A program made the position numbers and the translations under genes. This document shows, in pieces, positions 36,745-45,962 of a DNA stretch of 64,000 nucleotides. The stretch spans positions 135,663-199,662 of the forward strand of contig DATKOZ010000035.1 in assembly GCA_035524375.1 (NCBI GenBank), written 5' to 3'. The notes beneath the pieces are model-generated. The model was not told the origin of the DNA, made no database searches, and worked only from the letters and a program-made list of their open reading frames with translations. How positions within the stretch are numbered: position 1 is the first letter of the stretch; every line of letters starts with the position of its first letter. Origin of the DNA: Candidatus Binataceae bacterium. Its GTDB lineage: Bacteria > Desulfobacterota > Binatia > Binatales > Binataceae.

Positions 36745-38817
36745 ATGGCTTCGCGTGAGCGAAAGGCTGCCTTTAAGGAAGCGAACCCGTCTGCCGATTC
36801 GGAAGGATTACGACCGGAGCTGGCAGATGAAAGTGATCCAGTGGCGGCACTTGCTGCTGCCTACGGCAACCAGCGATCGTGGCTGATTCGGTCTATGATT
36901 CTCTCGGCGCTGGTATTTTCGCCGGCGCTATTCAACGAATTCGTTTTCGACGACTGGGATCAGATCGTCAGCAATCGATATATCGGCAACTGGGCGTTCG
37001 TCTGGAAATCTTTCGTCAATGACGTGGTGTGGTTTCGCAATCCGCTGAATCTCCCACAAAGTGCGTTTTATCGTCCATTTCACAGTGTCTGGCTGGCGGT
37101 CAACTTTTTTCTGTTCGGTCCACATCCCATGGGTTGGCATGCGGCGGCTATCGTACTGCATCTGACCGTGGTGTGGCTGGCATTCCGGGTTTCCACACGA
37201 TTGGCCGGTGACGCTTGGACCGGCCTGATCGCGGCAACCCTGTTTGCGCTGATACCCATCCACGCCGAGACGGTTTCGTATGCCGCAGCAGTCGCGCCGA
37301 TGATTGCGGCGGCATTCGAGTTCGGAGCCTTCGATTTATATTTGCGCTGTCGCTTGGATGTGGAAGGGGCCCAATCGCGATCGAAGTGGAACTCGGTCGC
37401 GTTGGCATTGTTCGGGTGCGCGCTTCTGAGCTACGAGAGCGCGGCGGTTTTTCCGCTGCTCGTCGCGGCGCATACCTTCATTTTTTCTCGAGACGCCGGT
37501 GATGCTGAACTTCCGGTTGCTGATCGGGGGAGTAAGGCTGCTGCTGCGGCATGGCCCTATGCGGTCATTTTGGCGATTTATTTGGGGCTGCGGTTGCGGG
37601 TGCTCGGTTTCCTCAGCCAGCCGCATCCCTTGAATTCGCCGACTTGGCCCGAGGCGGTCCTGACGATTCCGGCGGCGATCGCAGCTGACCTGAAATTGCT
37701 TGCGCTGCCATGGCTTGCCGCACCGACTCATTCCCTGGAATTCACAAATCGCGTTTGGTCGGTGGGATTCATTCTGCCGCTATTGGAGCTGTCGATCTTG
37801 ACCGCCGCAGGTTTCTTCGCGCTGCGGAGGCATCCGCATCGCCGGCTGTATCTGTTTTGCGCACTATGGTTTGCGATCGCGATCAGTCCGACGCTCAACC
37901 TTCGCGCACTTTTCTCGCAGGCCGCGATTCAGGATCGGTACCTTTATTTCGCGTCATTCGGCTTCTGCGTGATGGCCGCAGATCTGGCGGCGAGCTATGC
38001 GCGCGCTGGGGAACTGCAGGCGCGGTATGCAGCGATCGGGACGGCAGCGGTGGGATTGATATACGCAACGATTTTGCTTTCGGTCGAGCGATACTGGCAC
38101 GACGACGTCGCATTGTTCTCACGATGCGTCGAAGAATCGCCGGATGATTGGATTTGGCACAATGCTTTGGGGGTGACGCTTGCGGGGCGGGGTGAGTATC
38201 TAAAGGCACGCACCGAGCTGGACCGCGCTAATTCGCTGCAACCGGATCAGGTCGGCAATCTTTATTATCTGGCATTGGTGGATAAAAGGCTCGGCGATTT
38301 GCAGTCGGCAGAAGCAGCGACTGCTGCGCGGCTGAAGCTGGTCAAGCACCCCTCAGCCGCCGCATATGCCGAACTGGCACTGATCGCCGATTCCGCCGGC
38401 GACAAGGCGGGCACTGAGGCGGCGCTCAAACAGGCCGCCGCGATGACGGGCGGGCCGGAAATCGCGAGCTTGGCGCGTGCGGAATTGAAATTCAGGCATG
38501 GCGACACCAAGGGCGCTGTGCAAGAAACTAGCGGACTGATCGCGCATCCATCGAGCGATCCTGATCAGCGAATCTCGCTGGCAATGGAGCTGATGTCGGA
38601 GCATCGATACGCTGAGGCACTCGACGCATTCAAGCGGGCCGCCGCGCTGCGGCCCGGTGACGCCGGGCTCCATTATCGCATCGCATCGACACTTCACAGC
38701 CTGGGCCGCGATAGCGAAGCGCGCGACGAGTGCGCGCTGGCGCTCGCCAAACTGCCAAACGATCTTGACGCAATATCATTGATGGCCGAGCTAAAGCGCG
38801 GCGGCGCGCCGCAATAG
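36745..38817 (+). CDS. TMTC-like membrane protein (DUF1736 + TPR), paralog 2 of 3
   Basis: FVFDDWDQIVSNRYIGNWAFVWKS…; starts 11 bp after paralog 1. Confidence 0.7.
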   Translation: MASRERKAAFKEANPSADSEGLRPELADESDPVAALAAAYGNQRSWLIRSMILSALVFSPALFNEFVFDDWDQIVSNRYIGNWAFVWKSFVNDVVWFRNPLNLPQSAFYRPFHSVWLAVNFFLFGPHPMGWHAAAIVLHLTVVWLAFRVSTRLAGDAWTGLIAATLFALIPIHAETVSYAAAVAPMIAAAFEFGAFDLYLRCRLDVEGAQSRSKWNSVALALFGCALLSYESAAVFPLLVAAHTFIFSRDAGDAELPVADRGSKAAAAAWPYAVILAIYLGLRLRVLGFLSQPHPLNSPTWPEAVLTIPAAIAADLKLLALPWLAAPTHSLEFTNRVWSVGFILPLLELSILTAAGFFALRRHPHRRLYLFCALWFAIAISPTLNLRALFSQAAIQDRYLYFASFGFCVMAADLAASYARAGELQARYAAIGTAAVGLIYATILLSVERYWHDDVALFSRCVEESPDDWIWHNALGVTLAGRGEYLKARTELDRANSLQPDQVGNLYYLALVDKRLGDLQSAEAATAARLKLVKHPSAAAYAELALIADSAGDKAGTEAALKQAAAMTGGPEIASLARAELKFRHGDTKGAVQETSGLIAHPSSDPDQRISLAMELMSEHRYAEALDAFKRAAALRPGDAGLHYRIASTLHSLGRDSEARDECALALAKLPNDLDAISLMAELKRGGAPQ

Positions 38818-38818
38818 C

Positions 38819-40843
38819 ATGGCGGGCAAGACCGACTCCCATAGCGGGGCCAAGTTGGTTGTTCGTCCGGGCACCGAACGGGTTTGGCTGATTCGCATTC
38901 TAATCGTAACCGCGTTGTTCTACAGCCGCAGCCTTGGCAACGAGTTTGTTTTGGACGATTTGCCGCAAATTGTCCTCAATCGATACATCGCCAGCTGGTC
39001 GTTCGTTTGGAAGTCGCTGGTCAACAATGCGCTGTGGTTCGTCGATCCGCTCCATCCGCCGCCGGTGTCGTATTACCGGCCGCTACAGAACATCTGGTCC
39101 GCACTAAATTTCCATCTATTTGGACTGAATCCGATCGGCTGGCATGCGGCGATGCTCGCGCTTCATTTGCTGGTGGTTGTCCTCGTATTTCGTCTGGCGT
39201 CGATTTTGACCCGCAGCCCATTCACGGGATTGCTCGCAGCGGCACTGTTCGCGTGGATGCCGGTGCATGCCGAAGCAGTGGTATGGCCGGCGGCGGTAGC
39301 GACGCCATTGAGCGCGGCCTTCGAATTGGCCGCATTCGAGTTCTATTTGCGCAGCCGCGGCGGCGGCGCAAATAACCACAGTCGCCCCGGACTTGCAATT
39401 TCGCTCGGCTTGTTCGCCGGCGCCCTGCTTAGCTACGACAAGGCGATCGAATTTCCAGCTCTTATCGCCGCATACGCATATATTTTTCCGCGCGAATTAG
39501 TTGGCGAAAATCGCGCGGTTGAAAAGGCTGCCGCTGCGCCGATATCGACTCGCGGAAGCGCCGCGCTCATCGCCGCGTGGCCCTACGTGCTCGTAACGGT
39601 GGCATACATTACGCTGCGATATTGGGTGCTCGGATTCGTTTTCCATTCGAATCTCGGCAGCGATCTGACCGCGCGGGAAGCCGTGCTGACGGTCCCCGCC
39701 GCGATAACGCGGTACGTCGCGCTACTGGTGTTTCCGTGGATGGCCGATCCGGCCCATCCATTGGACTTCGCCGGCAGCGTCGCACAAGCGGAATTCTTGC
39801 TGCCGGCCACGGCATTGACCGCGCTTTTTATCTCGGGTTTTTTTCTGTTTCGCGCTCACCGGCATCGGCGCCTTTATCTGTTTTGCGCCGCATGGATGCT
39901 CATCACGCTTGGCCCGATACTCAAGCTTGATGCGCTGTTTCCGCTGGCTGCCATTCAGGATCGCTATCTTTATCTGCCATCGTTCGGATTTTGCGTAATA
40001 GCGGCCGACATTGCAGCCGGTTTCGTCGCAGAAGGCGAGCGCACCGCTCGAATCGCCTGGGTCGCAACCGCGGCGGTTGGGATCTTTTACGGATGGAATC
40101 TCTTCTCGGTGCAGCAATATTGGCACGACGAGGTTGCGTTGATCCGGCGTCACGTTCAAAAGTCTCCCGAAGCCGCCGCTTACCACGGTGGTCTTGGCAT
40201 GGCGCTGGTTGCACGCGGCCAATATGCCGATGCACGGACGGAACTTGAGATTGCCAAGAAGCTCTCGCCCGGCGACACGGAAAATCTGTACGATTTGGCG
40301 CTGGTTGAAGAGCGGCTGGGCGATTCGCGCGCCGCGGCGGAAGAAATGAACGCATGGCTTGAACACATCAAGTCGCCGTCGCCGGACGCATACGCAAAAG
40401 CTGCGCTGTTCGCGGATGCCGCCGGTGACACCACCGGCGCCAACGCGGCGCTGGCTCGCGCAGCCGCAATTCCGGGCGGCGCTGAAGTTGCCACTGTAAC
40501 GCGCGCACAGGTGCTGCTGCGACATGGTGATTCCAAAACCGCCGAGCGGGAACTGAGGAAGGTGCTCGATCGTCATCCTCTTAACGTTGCAGCGCTGGGC
40601 GCACTCGGTGCCTTGCTGTCAGATAACCGCCACTATGACGAAGCGCTCGACGTGCTTCAGCGTGCCGCATCGATCTCGCCCGAGGATCCCAATCTTCATT
40701 ACCAGCTTGCCACGACACTGTATCAATTGGGACGAAATCCCGAAGCGCAAGCGGAGTGTGCGGTTGCGCTTTCACGAGCGCCCTACGATCCTAATGCGCG
40801 TGCGCTGATGGCTCAAATCGAGCGTGGCGGAGCGCCGCACTAG
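38819..40843 (+). CDS. TMTC-like membrane protein (DUF1736 + TPR), paralog 3 of 3
   Basis: FVLDDLPQIVLNRYIASWSFVWKS…; starts 2 bp after paralog 2. Confidence 0.7.
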   Translation: MAGKTDSHSGAKLVVRPGTERVWLIRILIVTALFYSRSLGNEFVLDDLPQIVLNRYIASWSFVWKSLVNNALWFVDPLHPPPVSYYRPLQNIWSALNFHLFGLNPIGWHAAMLALHLLVVVLVFRLASILTRSPFTGLLAAALFAWMPVHAEAVVWPAAVATPLSAAFELAAFEFYLRSRGGGANNHSRPGLAISLGLFAGALLSYDKAIEFPALIAAYAYIFPRELVGENRAVEKAAAAPISTRGSAALIAAWPYVLVTVAYITLRYWVLGFVFHSNLGSDLTAREAVLTVPAAITRYVALLVFPWMADPAHPLDFAGSVAQAEFLLPATALTALFISGFFLFRAHRHRRLYLFCAAWMLITLGPILKLDALFPLAAIQDRYLYLPSFGFCVIAADIAAGFVAEGERTARIAWVATAAVGIFYGWNLFSVQQYWHDEVALIRRHVQKSPEAAAYHGGLGMALVARGQYADARTELEIAKKLSPGDTENLYDLALVEERLGDSRAAAEEMNAWLEHIKSPSPDAYAKAALFADAAGDTTGANAALARAAAIPGGAEVATVTRAQVLLRHGDSKTAERELRKVLDRHPLNVAALGALGALLSDNRHYDEALDVLQRAASISPEDPNLHYQLATTLYQLGRNPEAQAECAVALSRAPYDPNARALMAQIERGGAPH

Positions 40844-40894
40844 CGCTGAAGCGCGGATTTCGCCGGACTTGGCCGCGGACTAAACTCATCGACC

Positions 40895-42613
40895 ATGCCC
40901 GAGATCGCGCCCAGCGCTGAAGTGTCGCATAGCGGCGAATTGCATATCCCGCCGTCAGCCCCATCCGCTCGCGAGGCCGCGACGGTCGCTGTGCTGTCAT
41001 CGGCGTTGTTTCTATTTCATCTGGGATCGTTCGGGCTGTGGGAGCCGGACGAGGGCCGCTATGCCGAAATCGCGCGCGAAATGATCGAGAGCGGCGGGCT
41101 AATTGTGCCGCACCTGAACTACGTCGCATATATCGAAAAGCCGCCGCTACTCTACTGGGCAACAGCGCTATCGATGCGCATCTTCGGCGTGAATGAATTC
41201 GCGGCGCGCCTGCCGGTTGCGATCGCCGCCGTGATCGGCGTGCTCGCGGGTTATTATTTTGTGTATCGGGTTTTCGATCGCCGCCGCGCAATATTGGCCG
41301 CCGCGATTCTTGCGACCTCGCCGCTGTACGCCGTATTGGCGCAGACGCTGACCACCGACATGATGCTGGCCGCGATGGTGACGATCGCATGGTTCGCGCT
41401 CTTTCTTCACTGGCGCGAGGGTGGCAGGTGGTGCTGGATCGCATACGTGGCAATGGCGCTCGCGGTGCTTGCGAAAGGACCCGTCGGCGCGGCGCTGCCG
41501 ATTCTCGCCACGGCGGCCTTTCTTCTCTGGAACCGCGAATTGCGCGGTTCTATAGGAAGGTTTCGCGTCATACCGGGAATCGCGCTGATGCTCGCGATCG
41601 CTGCGCCATGGTTTGTAGTGGCGGCAATCCGTGAGCCGGGCTTCACTGATTTCTATTTCATCGGCGAACATCTCCGCCGCGCGCTCGATCCAACCTACAG
41701 CCACACCGAGCCGTTCTACTTTTATTTTCCGGTGATTGTATTGGGCCTGCTGCCGTGGTCGTTGATGTCGCCGCTGTTTGCATGGAGCGAAGTGCCGCCG
41801 AATCCGGCGCGCCGCTTCTGTATCTGTGCGGCGACGGTGACAATAGCCGCCTTCTCATGTGCAAACGCAAAATTGATTCCATACGTTCTTCCGGCGGCCG
41901 CGCCGATTTCTGTTTTGATCGCGGATGGCATCGCGACATGCGCATGGCCGGCGCCCGGAGCACGTGCGGCGGTGCGGCCTCCCGACTCGCGAATTTTGCG
42001 CGAGGTTGGCCCGCTGCTTTCTTTGATGGGCGTCGCCGCAATTGCATCCGCAATTGAGGCCGCGCATTTCAGGACGCCATATGTGATGGCAGTTAGGCCT
42101 GCTCTGGTTGCTATCGGCTTGATTATGCTGGCCGGCGGAATGGTGGCGACCGCGATGTTCCGGGCGCGCCGCGCGGCGGCTGGACTTGCCGCGATAACGA
42201 TCACGATGGCGTTCGCCCTGATTGCGGGAGGATGGGCGCGAATCGATGCGGAACCGCTGCGTTCGTATGCGGATCTTAGCCGCACCGTCGCAATGAAGGA
42301 GCCGGATGCCACCCTCATCTGCTACCATCGCTATGTGCAATCGCTGGCATTCTACAACCGCCGTCGCGTAATCCTTGTTGGCCAGCTCAACGAGCTGGAT
42401 TTCGGGGCAAAGCGTGCCGATGATGCCGCGCAATGGTTTCCAACCACCGACGAGCAGCTGCTCGCGCTGTGGAAGCAGCCGAAAAAGAGCGTGCTCTTGA
42501 TCGATCAGCCGGAACTGGAGCGGCTTGGAGCGCGGCTGGCTCCATACGAATTGATCGCCGCCGAGGGGCGCAAGCGCGCAATCATCAAAAGTGACGCAGC
42601 CGATTCCAAGTGA
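40895..42613 (+). CDS. Glycosyltransferase family 39/83 (ArnT/PMT-like, dolichyl/undecaprenyl-phosphate-sugar dependent)
   Basis: LWEPDEGRYAEIAREMIESGGLIVPHLNYVAYIEKPPLLYWA is the ArnT/PMT N-terminal signature; 572 aa multi-TM. Confidence 0.8.
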   Translation: MPEIAPSAEVSHSGELHIPPSAPSAREAATVAVLSSALFLFHLGSFGLWEPDEGRYAEIAREMIESGGLIVPHLNYVAYIEKPPLLYWATALSMRIFGVNEFAARLPVAIAAVIGVLAGYYFVYRVFDRRRAILAAAILATSPLYAVLAQTLTTDMMLAAMVTIAWFALFLHWREGGRWCWIAYVAMALAVLAKGPVGAALPILATAAFLLWNRELRGSIGRFRVIPGIALMLAIAAPWFVVAAIREPGFTDFYFIGEHLRRALDPTYSHTEPFYFYFPVIVLGLLPWSLMSPLFAWSEVPPNPARRFCICAATVTIAAFSCANAKLIPYVLPAAAPISVLIADGIATCAWPAPGARAAVRPPDSRILREVGPLLSLMGVAAIASAIEAAHFRTPYVMAVRPALVAIGLIMLAGGMVATAMFRARRAAAGLAAITITMAFALIAGGWARIDAEPLRSYADLSRTVAMKEPDATLICYHRYVQSLAFYNRRRVILVGQLNELDFGAKRADDAAQWFPTTDEQLLALWKQPKKSVLLIDQPELERLGARLAPYELIAAEGRKRAIIKSDAADSK

Positions 42614-43586
42614 TTCGAGGGCACCATCGCCCGGCCAAGCGCCCAAGCGCGGCGATCATCCATATCGTGCGTTTGTGATTCGCGCCGGCTTGGGCATCGC
42701 AATCGCGGTATTTCTGCTCTACCACTTCGGCGCGCGCGCGATCTTTCAAGCAATCGGCCGCGAGCGGCCCGCCTACTTCATCACCGCGGTGATAATTTAC
42801 ACATTGGGGCAATTGATCCCCGCGTGGCGATGGCAAATGCTTGCCGCAATCGTGAAAGTGCACGGCGCGTTCACCGAGTTCGCTTCGTACGTTTACATCG
42901 CGATGTTCACCAACTTGTTTGTGCCCGGATTGCTTGGTGGAGATGCCGCGCGCTCCATTTATCTGGGACGGCGGCATAGCCGGATGGGCGAGGCGGTTGC
43001 TTCGGTCGTCGCCGACCGGGCCCTGGGGCTGATCGTTCTGTTTTGGCTGGCAGCATTCGCGGCGATTTTTCTCAATTTCGCGGCGCTGCCGCCCGCAGTG
43101 ACACATCCGGTGATCGCGGTTGGCGCAGCAGCTATGGCGGGTTATCTCGCATCGCCATTGGTGGCGCGGCTGATCCATCTGATGCCCGGGCCGATTCGGC
43201 GCGCTGGCGGAATCGTCGCGCCGTATCTCCATCATCCGCTGGAATTGATCGGGCCGATCGGATTGTCGCTTCTGCTTCAGGTCGAGCTGGCATTTTGCCA
43301 GTTTGTGCTCGCGAGAGGGTTGGGGCTGCCGTTTGGACTTTCGCTGTTCGTGCTGTGCGTTCCGATTTCCAATGTATTCACCAGCCTGCCGCTGACGCTC
43401 GGAGGCATCGGCGTGCGTGAGGCCGCCAACGTTGCGCTATTCGGGATGGCTGGAATGAGAAAAGACGACGCGATCGCGCTGGGTCTTTTGTGGGATGCGG
43501 CGTTGATGCTCGGCGGTCTGGCCGGAGCGATCGCGTTTGTTACGACGCCCTCGCCCGGTTCAACCGGGCATCCCGGCAAGGAGTAA
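42591..43586 (+). CDS. Lysylphosphatidylglycerol-synthase-TM-domain (UPF0104) flippase-like protein
   Basis: Multi-TM protein with the GGDAARS… motif typical of LPG_synthase_TM/AglD-like proteins often encoded next to GT2/GT39 genes. Confidence 0.7.
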   Translation: MTQPIPSDSRAPSPGQAPKRGDHPYRAFVIRAGLGIAIAVFLLYHFGARAIFQAIGRERPAYFITAVIIYTLGQLIPAWRWQMLAAIVKVHGAFTEFASYVYIAMFTNLFVPGLLGGDAARSIYLGRRHSRMGEAVASVVADRALGLIVLFWLAAFAAIFLNFAALPPAVTHPVIAVGAAAMAGYLASPLVARLIHLMPGPIRRAGGIVAPYLHHPLELIGPIGLSLLLQVELAFCQFVLARGLGLPFGLSLFVLCVPISNVFTSLPLTLGGIGVREAANVALFGMAGMRKDDAIALGLLWDAALMLGGLAGAIAFVTTPSPGSTGHPGKE

Positions 43587-43611
43587 TCTGATCGGAAGAT
43601 CGCCGCCGACA

Positions 43612-43893
43612 ATGGAGCCTGACATCGAAAAAGTGCGTGGTGATTGGAATAAGCGCGGATTCGGCTGCGACGTATGGACCGATCCGCCCGGCCAGGTGTG
43701 GAACGGCTATGTTCATCCGGTGGACGAACTGCTGATGGTAGTCCAGGGGCGGCTCGAACTGGAGATCGACGGCAAGCCCGTCCAGCCAAAAACGGGCGAG
43801 GAGATTTTCATCCCCGCGCATGCTTGCCACACCGTACGCAACATCGGCGGCACCACCGCGCGATGGCTGTACGGCTACCGCGGCCGCACCTGA
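43612..43893 (+). CDS. Cupin domain protein
   Basis: Cupin motifs …HPVDELLMVVQGRLELEI…IFIPAHACHTVRNIG. Confidence 0.6.
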   Translation: MEPDIEKVRGDWNKRGFGCDVWTDPPGQVWNGYVHPVDELLMVVQGRLELEIDGKPVQPKTGEEIFIPAHACHTVRNIGGTTARWLYGYRGRT

Positions 43894-43922
43894 AGCATTT
43901 GCATCGATACGTTAGGGCAAAT

Positions 43923-44645
43923 TTATCGCGATGCGAACATGCGTCCCGCGCCGTAGGTGACTGCCGCCGCCGCAACCCCGGTCAGCATGCTCTCCAGACC
44001 GCTGCGCCACCACGGGCGGCTGGTGATGATTGTCTTTACGGCGCCAACCACGAATAACACGACGACGGTTCCGATCGCCGAGGCCATCACGCCGCGCGCC
44101 GGGTCGACGAACAAGTAGGGTGCAACCGGGACGGCTGCGCCAAGCAGATAGGAAAGTCCCACCGCAAAAGCCGAGCGCAGCGGCGGCTCGAAGGAAGATT
44201 CGTCGAAACCCAACTCCTCGCGCATCATGACGTTGCGCCATCTTTGCGGATCGGCGGTGATGTGCGCGACGATTTGCTCGAGAAGCGCGCCGCTGAAACC
44301 CTTGGCACGATAGATTTGATTGATTTCGTCGCGTTCGCGCTCGGGCCATCGATTGATTTCGTCGCGCTCGCGCTCGATTTCGCTCTGGTAAAACTCTATC
44401 TGCGAGCGGGCTGAGATGAATGCCGCCAGTCCCATCGAGACCGCCCCGCCCAGCATCTCCGCCAACCCCGCCATCACGGCGATGTTCCCGGTCGCAAACG
44501 CGCCTGCCACGCCGGAGGTCACCGCGAATGATGCCACCAGCCCGTCGTTCAACCCAAGCATCACGTCGCGCACCCAGGTGCCGCCGGCGGCATGCACCTG
44601 CTCGGTGTGATGGTCGTACTCGCGCCTGCGGACTGAGAGTGCCAT
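43923..44645 (-). CDS. VIT1/CCC1 family iron/manganese transporter; carries a 33-bp in-frame tandem duplication
   Basis: LGLNDGLVASFAVTSGVAGA motif. Start reset to MALSVRRREYDHH (44645); the listed ORF extended into the upstream kinase gene. See finding on 44318–44383. Confidence 0.75.
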   Translation of the reverse strand: MALSVRRREYDHHTEQVHAAGGTWVRDVMLGLNDGLVASFAVTSGVAGAFATGNIAVMAGLAEMLGGAVSMGLAAFISARSQIEFYQSEIERERDEINRWPERERDEINQIYRAKGFSGALLEQIVAHITADPQRWRNVMMREELGFDESSFEPPLRSAFAVGLSYLLGAAVPVAPYLFVDPARGVMASAIGTVVVLFVVGAVKTIITSRPWWRSGLESMLTGVAAAAVTYGAGRMFASR

Positions 44646-45445
44646 CAGGACTTCTTCGCTCCGCCGCGCGCCTTGCGCCGATCGATTTGCGATTTCATCG
44701 CCAAGATCTCGGCGACGATTCTGCGCGAATCTCCGCGCGCAGGCCGCCCTCCAAGGTATGCATACAGAAAATCGAGCCGCGCCGCGCGGCATAGAAAGCG
44801 CCCGATACTGCGATCCAGATGCACCAGATTAAGCATCCTGCGCTCCCACGAGACTGGCCGCTTGCCGCCGGGGCGCCGGAAATCTTCAAGGTCGATGAAA
44901 TAGACGCGATAACCGGTTAGGTTGTCGCCCTCGACCATGACGTTGGTCTCCTGAAGGTCGCGCGTGTACAGACCGGATTCGTGGAGCCGGCGCACCTGAC
45001 CGGCGACCGCGTGAGAGATGCAGCGAAGACGCCGGACGTCGCGGCCGCGAATCCCGCGCGGGCCAAGCGCGAAGCGGCTTAACGATTCGGCACGATCGAG
45101 CGGTTCGCTGATGAGATAACAGTAGCGAAGCGCGCCCGCATGATAGGCCTCAACCGCGGCGATCGGTTCGGGATGCGCCAAGCCGGCCGCCTTGAGCATT
45201 GCCGCACCCTTAAGCGCGCGCGCGGCGCGCGAGCCGCGCGCGCGTTCGGCAATCCCTCGCCGCCATGATGGACTCTCGACGCGTTTCAGGAACGCGCGGC
45301 CCGCGCCCGGTACATCGATGAAGCCGGCCAAGGTGCGGCCCTCCGCCTTAAGCGGGCGGAAATCCGGACCCTTAATCAGTTCCGCGGCCCTGAGCGCGGC
45401 GGCGCGCCACGCAGGCGAGCGCGCATGGAGAACTACCGTGCGCAT
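44645..45445 (-). CDS. Kdo/lipopolysaccharide kinase (InaA/RIO-like) family protein
   Basis: Kinase catalytic loop YTRDLQETNVMV and FIDLEDF (DFG-like); 266 aa. Confidence 0.65.
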   Translation of the reverse strand: MRTVVLHARSPAWRAAALRAAELIKGPDFRPLKAEGRTLAGFIDVPGAGRAFLKRVESPSWRRGIAERARGSRAARALKGAAMLKAAGLAHPEPIAAVEAYHAGALRYCYLISEPLDRAESLSRFALGPRGIRGRDVRRLRCISHAVAGQVRRLHESGLYTRDLQETNVMVEGDNLTGYRVYFIDLEDFRRPGGKRPVSWERRMLNLVHLDRSIGRFLCRAARLDFLYAYLGGRPARGDSRRIVAEILAMKSQIDRRKARGGAKKS

Positions 45446-45505
45446 TCGCGATCCAACCTATCAGGCCGCGGGTGTGGATCGCGATCCGTCGCGCGCGCCT
45501 GGCGC

Positions 45506-45916
45506 CTACTTCTTGGGCTCGACTTCCAGCTGCCCGCCGATGTGCGCCGGATGAAGCTGGCAGATATACGGGAAAACGCCCGGCTTGTCGGCGGTGAATT
45601 CCACCGTGGTGTCAGTACCGCGAGTGACAATCGTCGTGACGTTGTAGGCCGGGATGGAAAAGCCGTGCTGATTCGACGCGCCCGGGATGTTGTTCTTTAG
45701 CGTCAGCTTGACCTTGTCGCCCTGGTCAACAGTGATCGTGCTGGGCAACCAGAATTTCGCACCGTCGATTTCAACCGCAACCAGCGTGAAATGCTTGGTG
45801 CCCGGCTCCTGCGCCGCCGGTGCATCGGCCGCCCAAGCAAACCGAGCCGCACTCGGAAGCATCAATGCACCAACCGCCGCGAGCACGGCCATCGTCCGGA
45901 TAATCGTCTTGTTCAT
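45506..45916 (-). CDS. Cupredoxin (plastocyanin/azurin-like blue copper protein)
   Basis: Signal peptide; copper ligands in …NQHGF… and YICQLHPAHIGG (Cys-x2-His-x4-Met-like region). Confidence 0.8.
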   Translation of the reverse strand: MNKTIIRTMAVLAAVGALMLPSAARFAWAADAPAAQEPGTKHFTLVAVEIDGAKFWLPSTITVDQGDKVKLTLKNNIPGASNQHGFSIPAYNVTTIVTRGTDTTVEFTADKPGVFPYICQLHPAHIGGQLEVEPKK

Positions 45917-45962
45917 TGGAAATCCTCCTCCTTAACGCGATCGTGTGATTGTTTCGCAGCCG

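Noticed and set aside
43923-44792. Listed 289-aa VIT ORF overlapping the kinase gene by 147 nt
   Set aside because: The upstream 49 codons are Arg-rich and overlap a gene with kinase motifs. MALSVRRREYDHH at 44645 gives a canonical VIT N-terminus and a TGATG stop/start junction.
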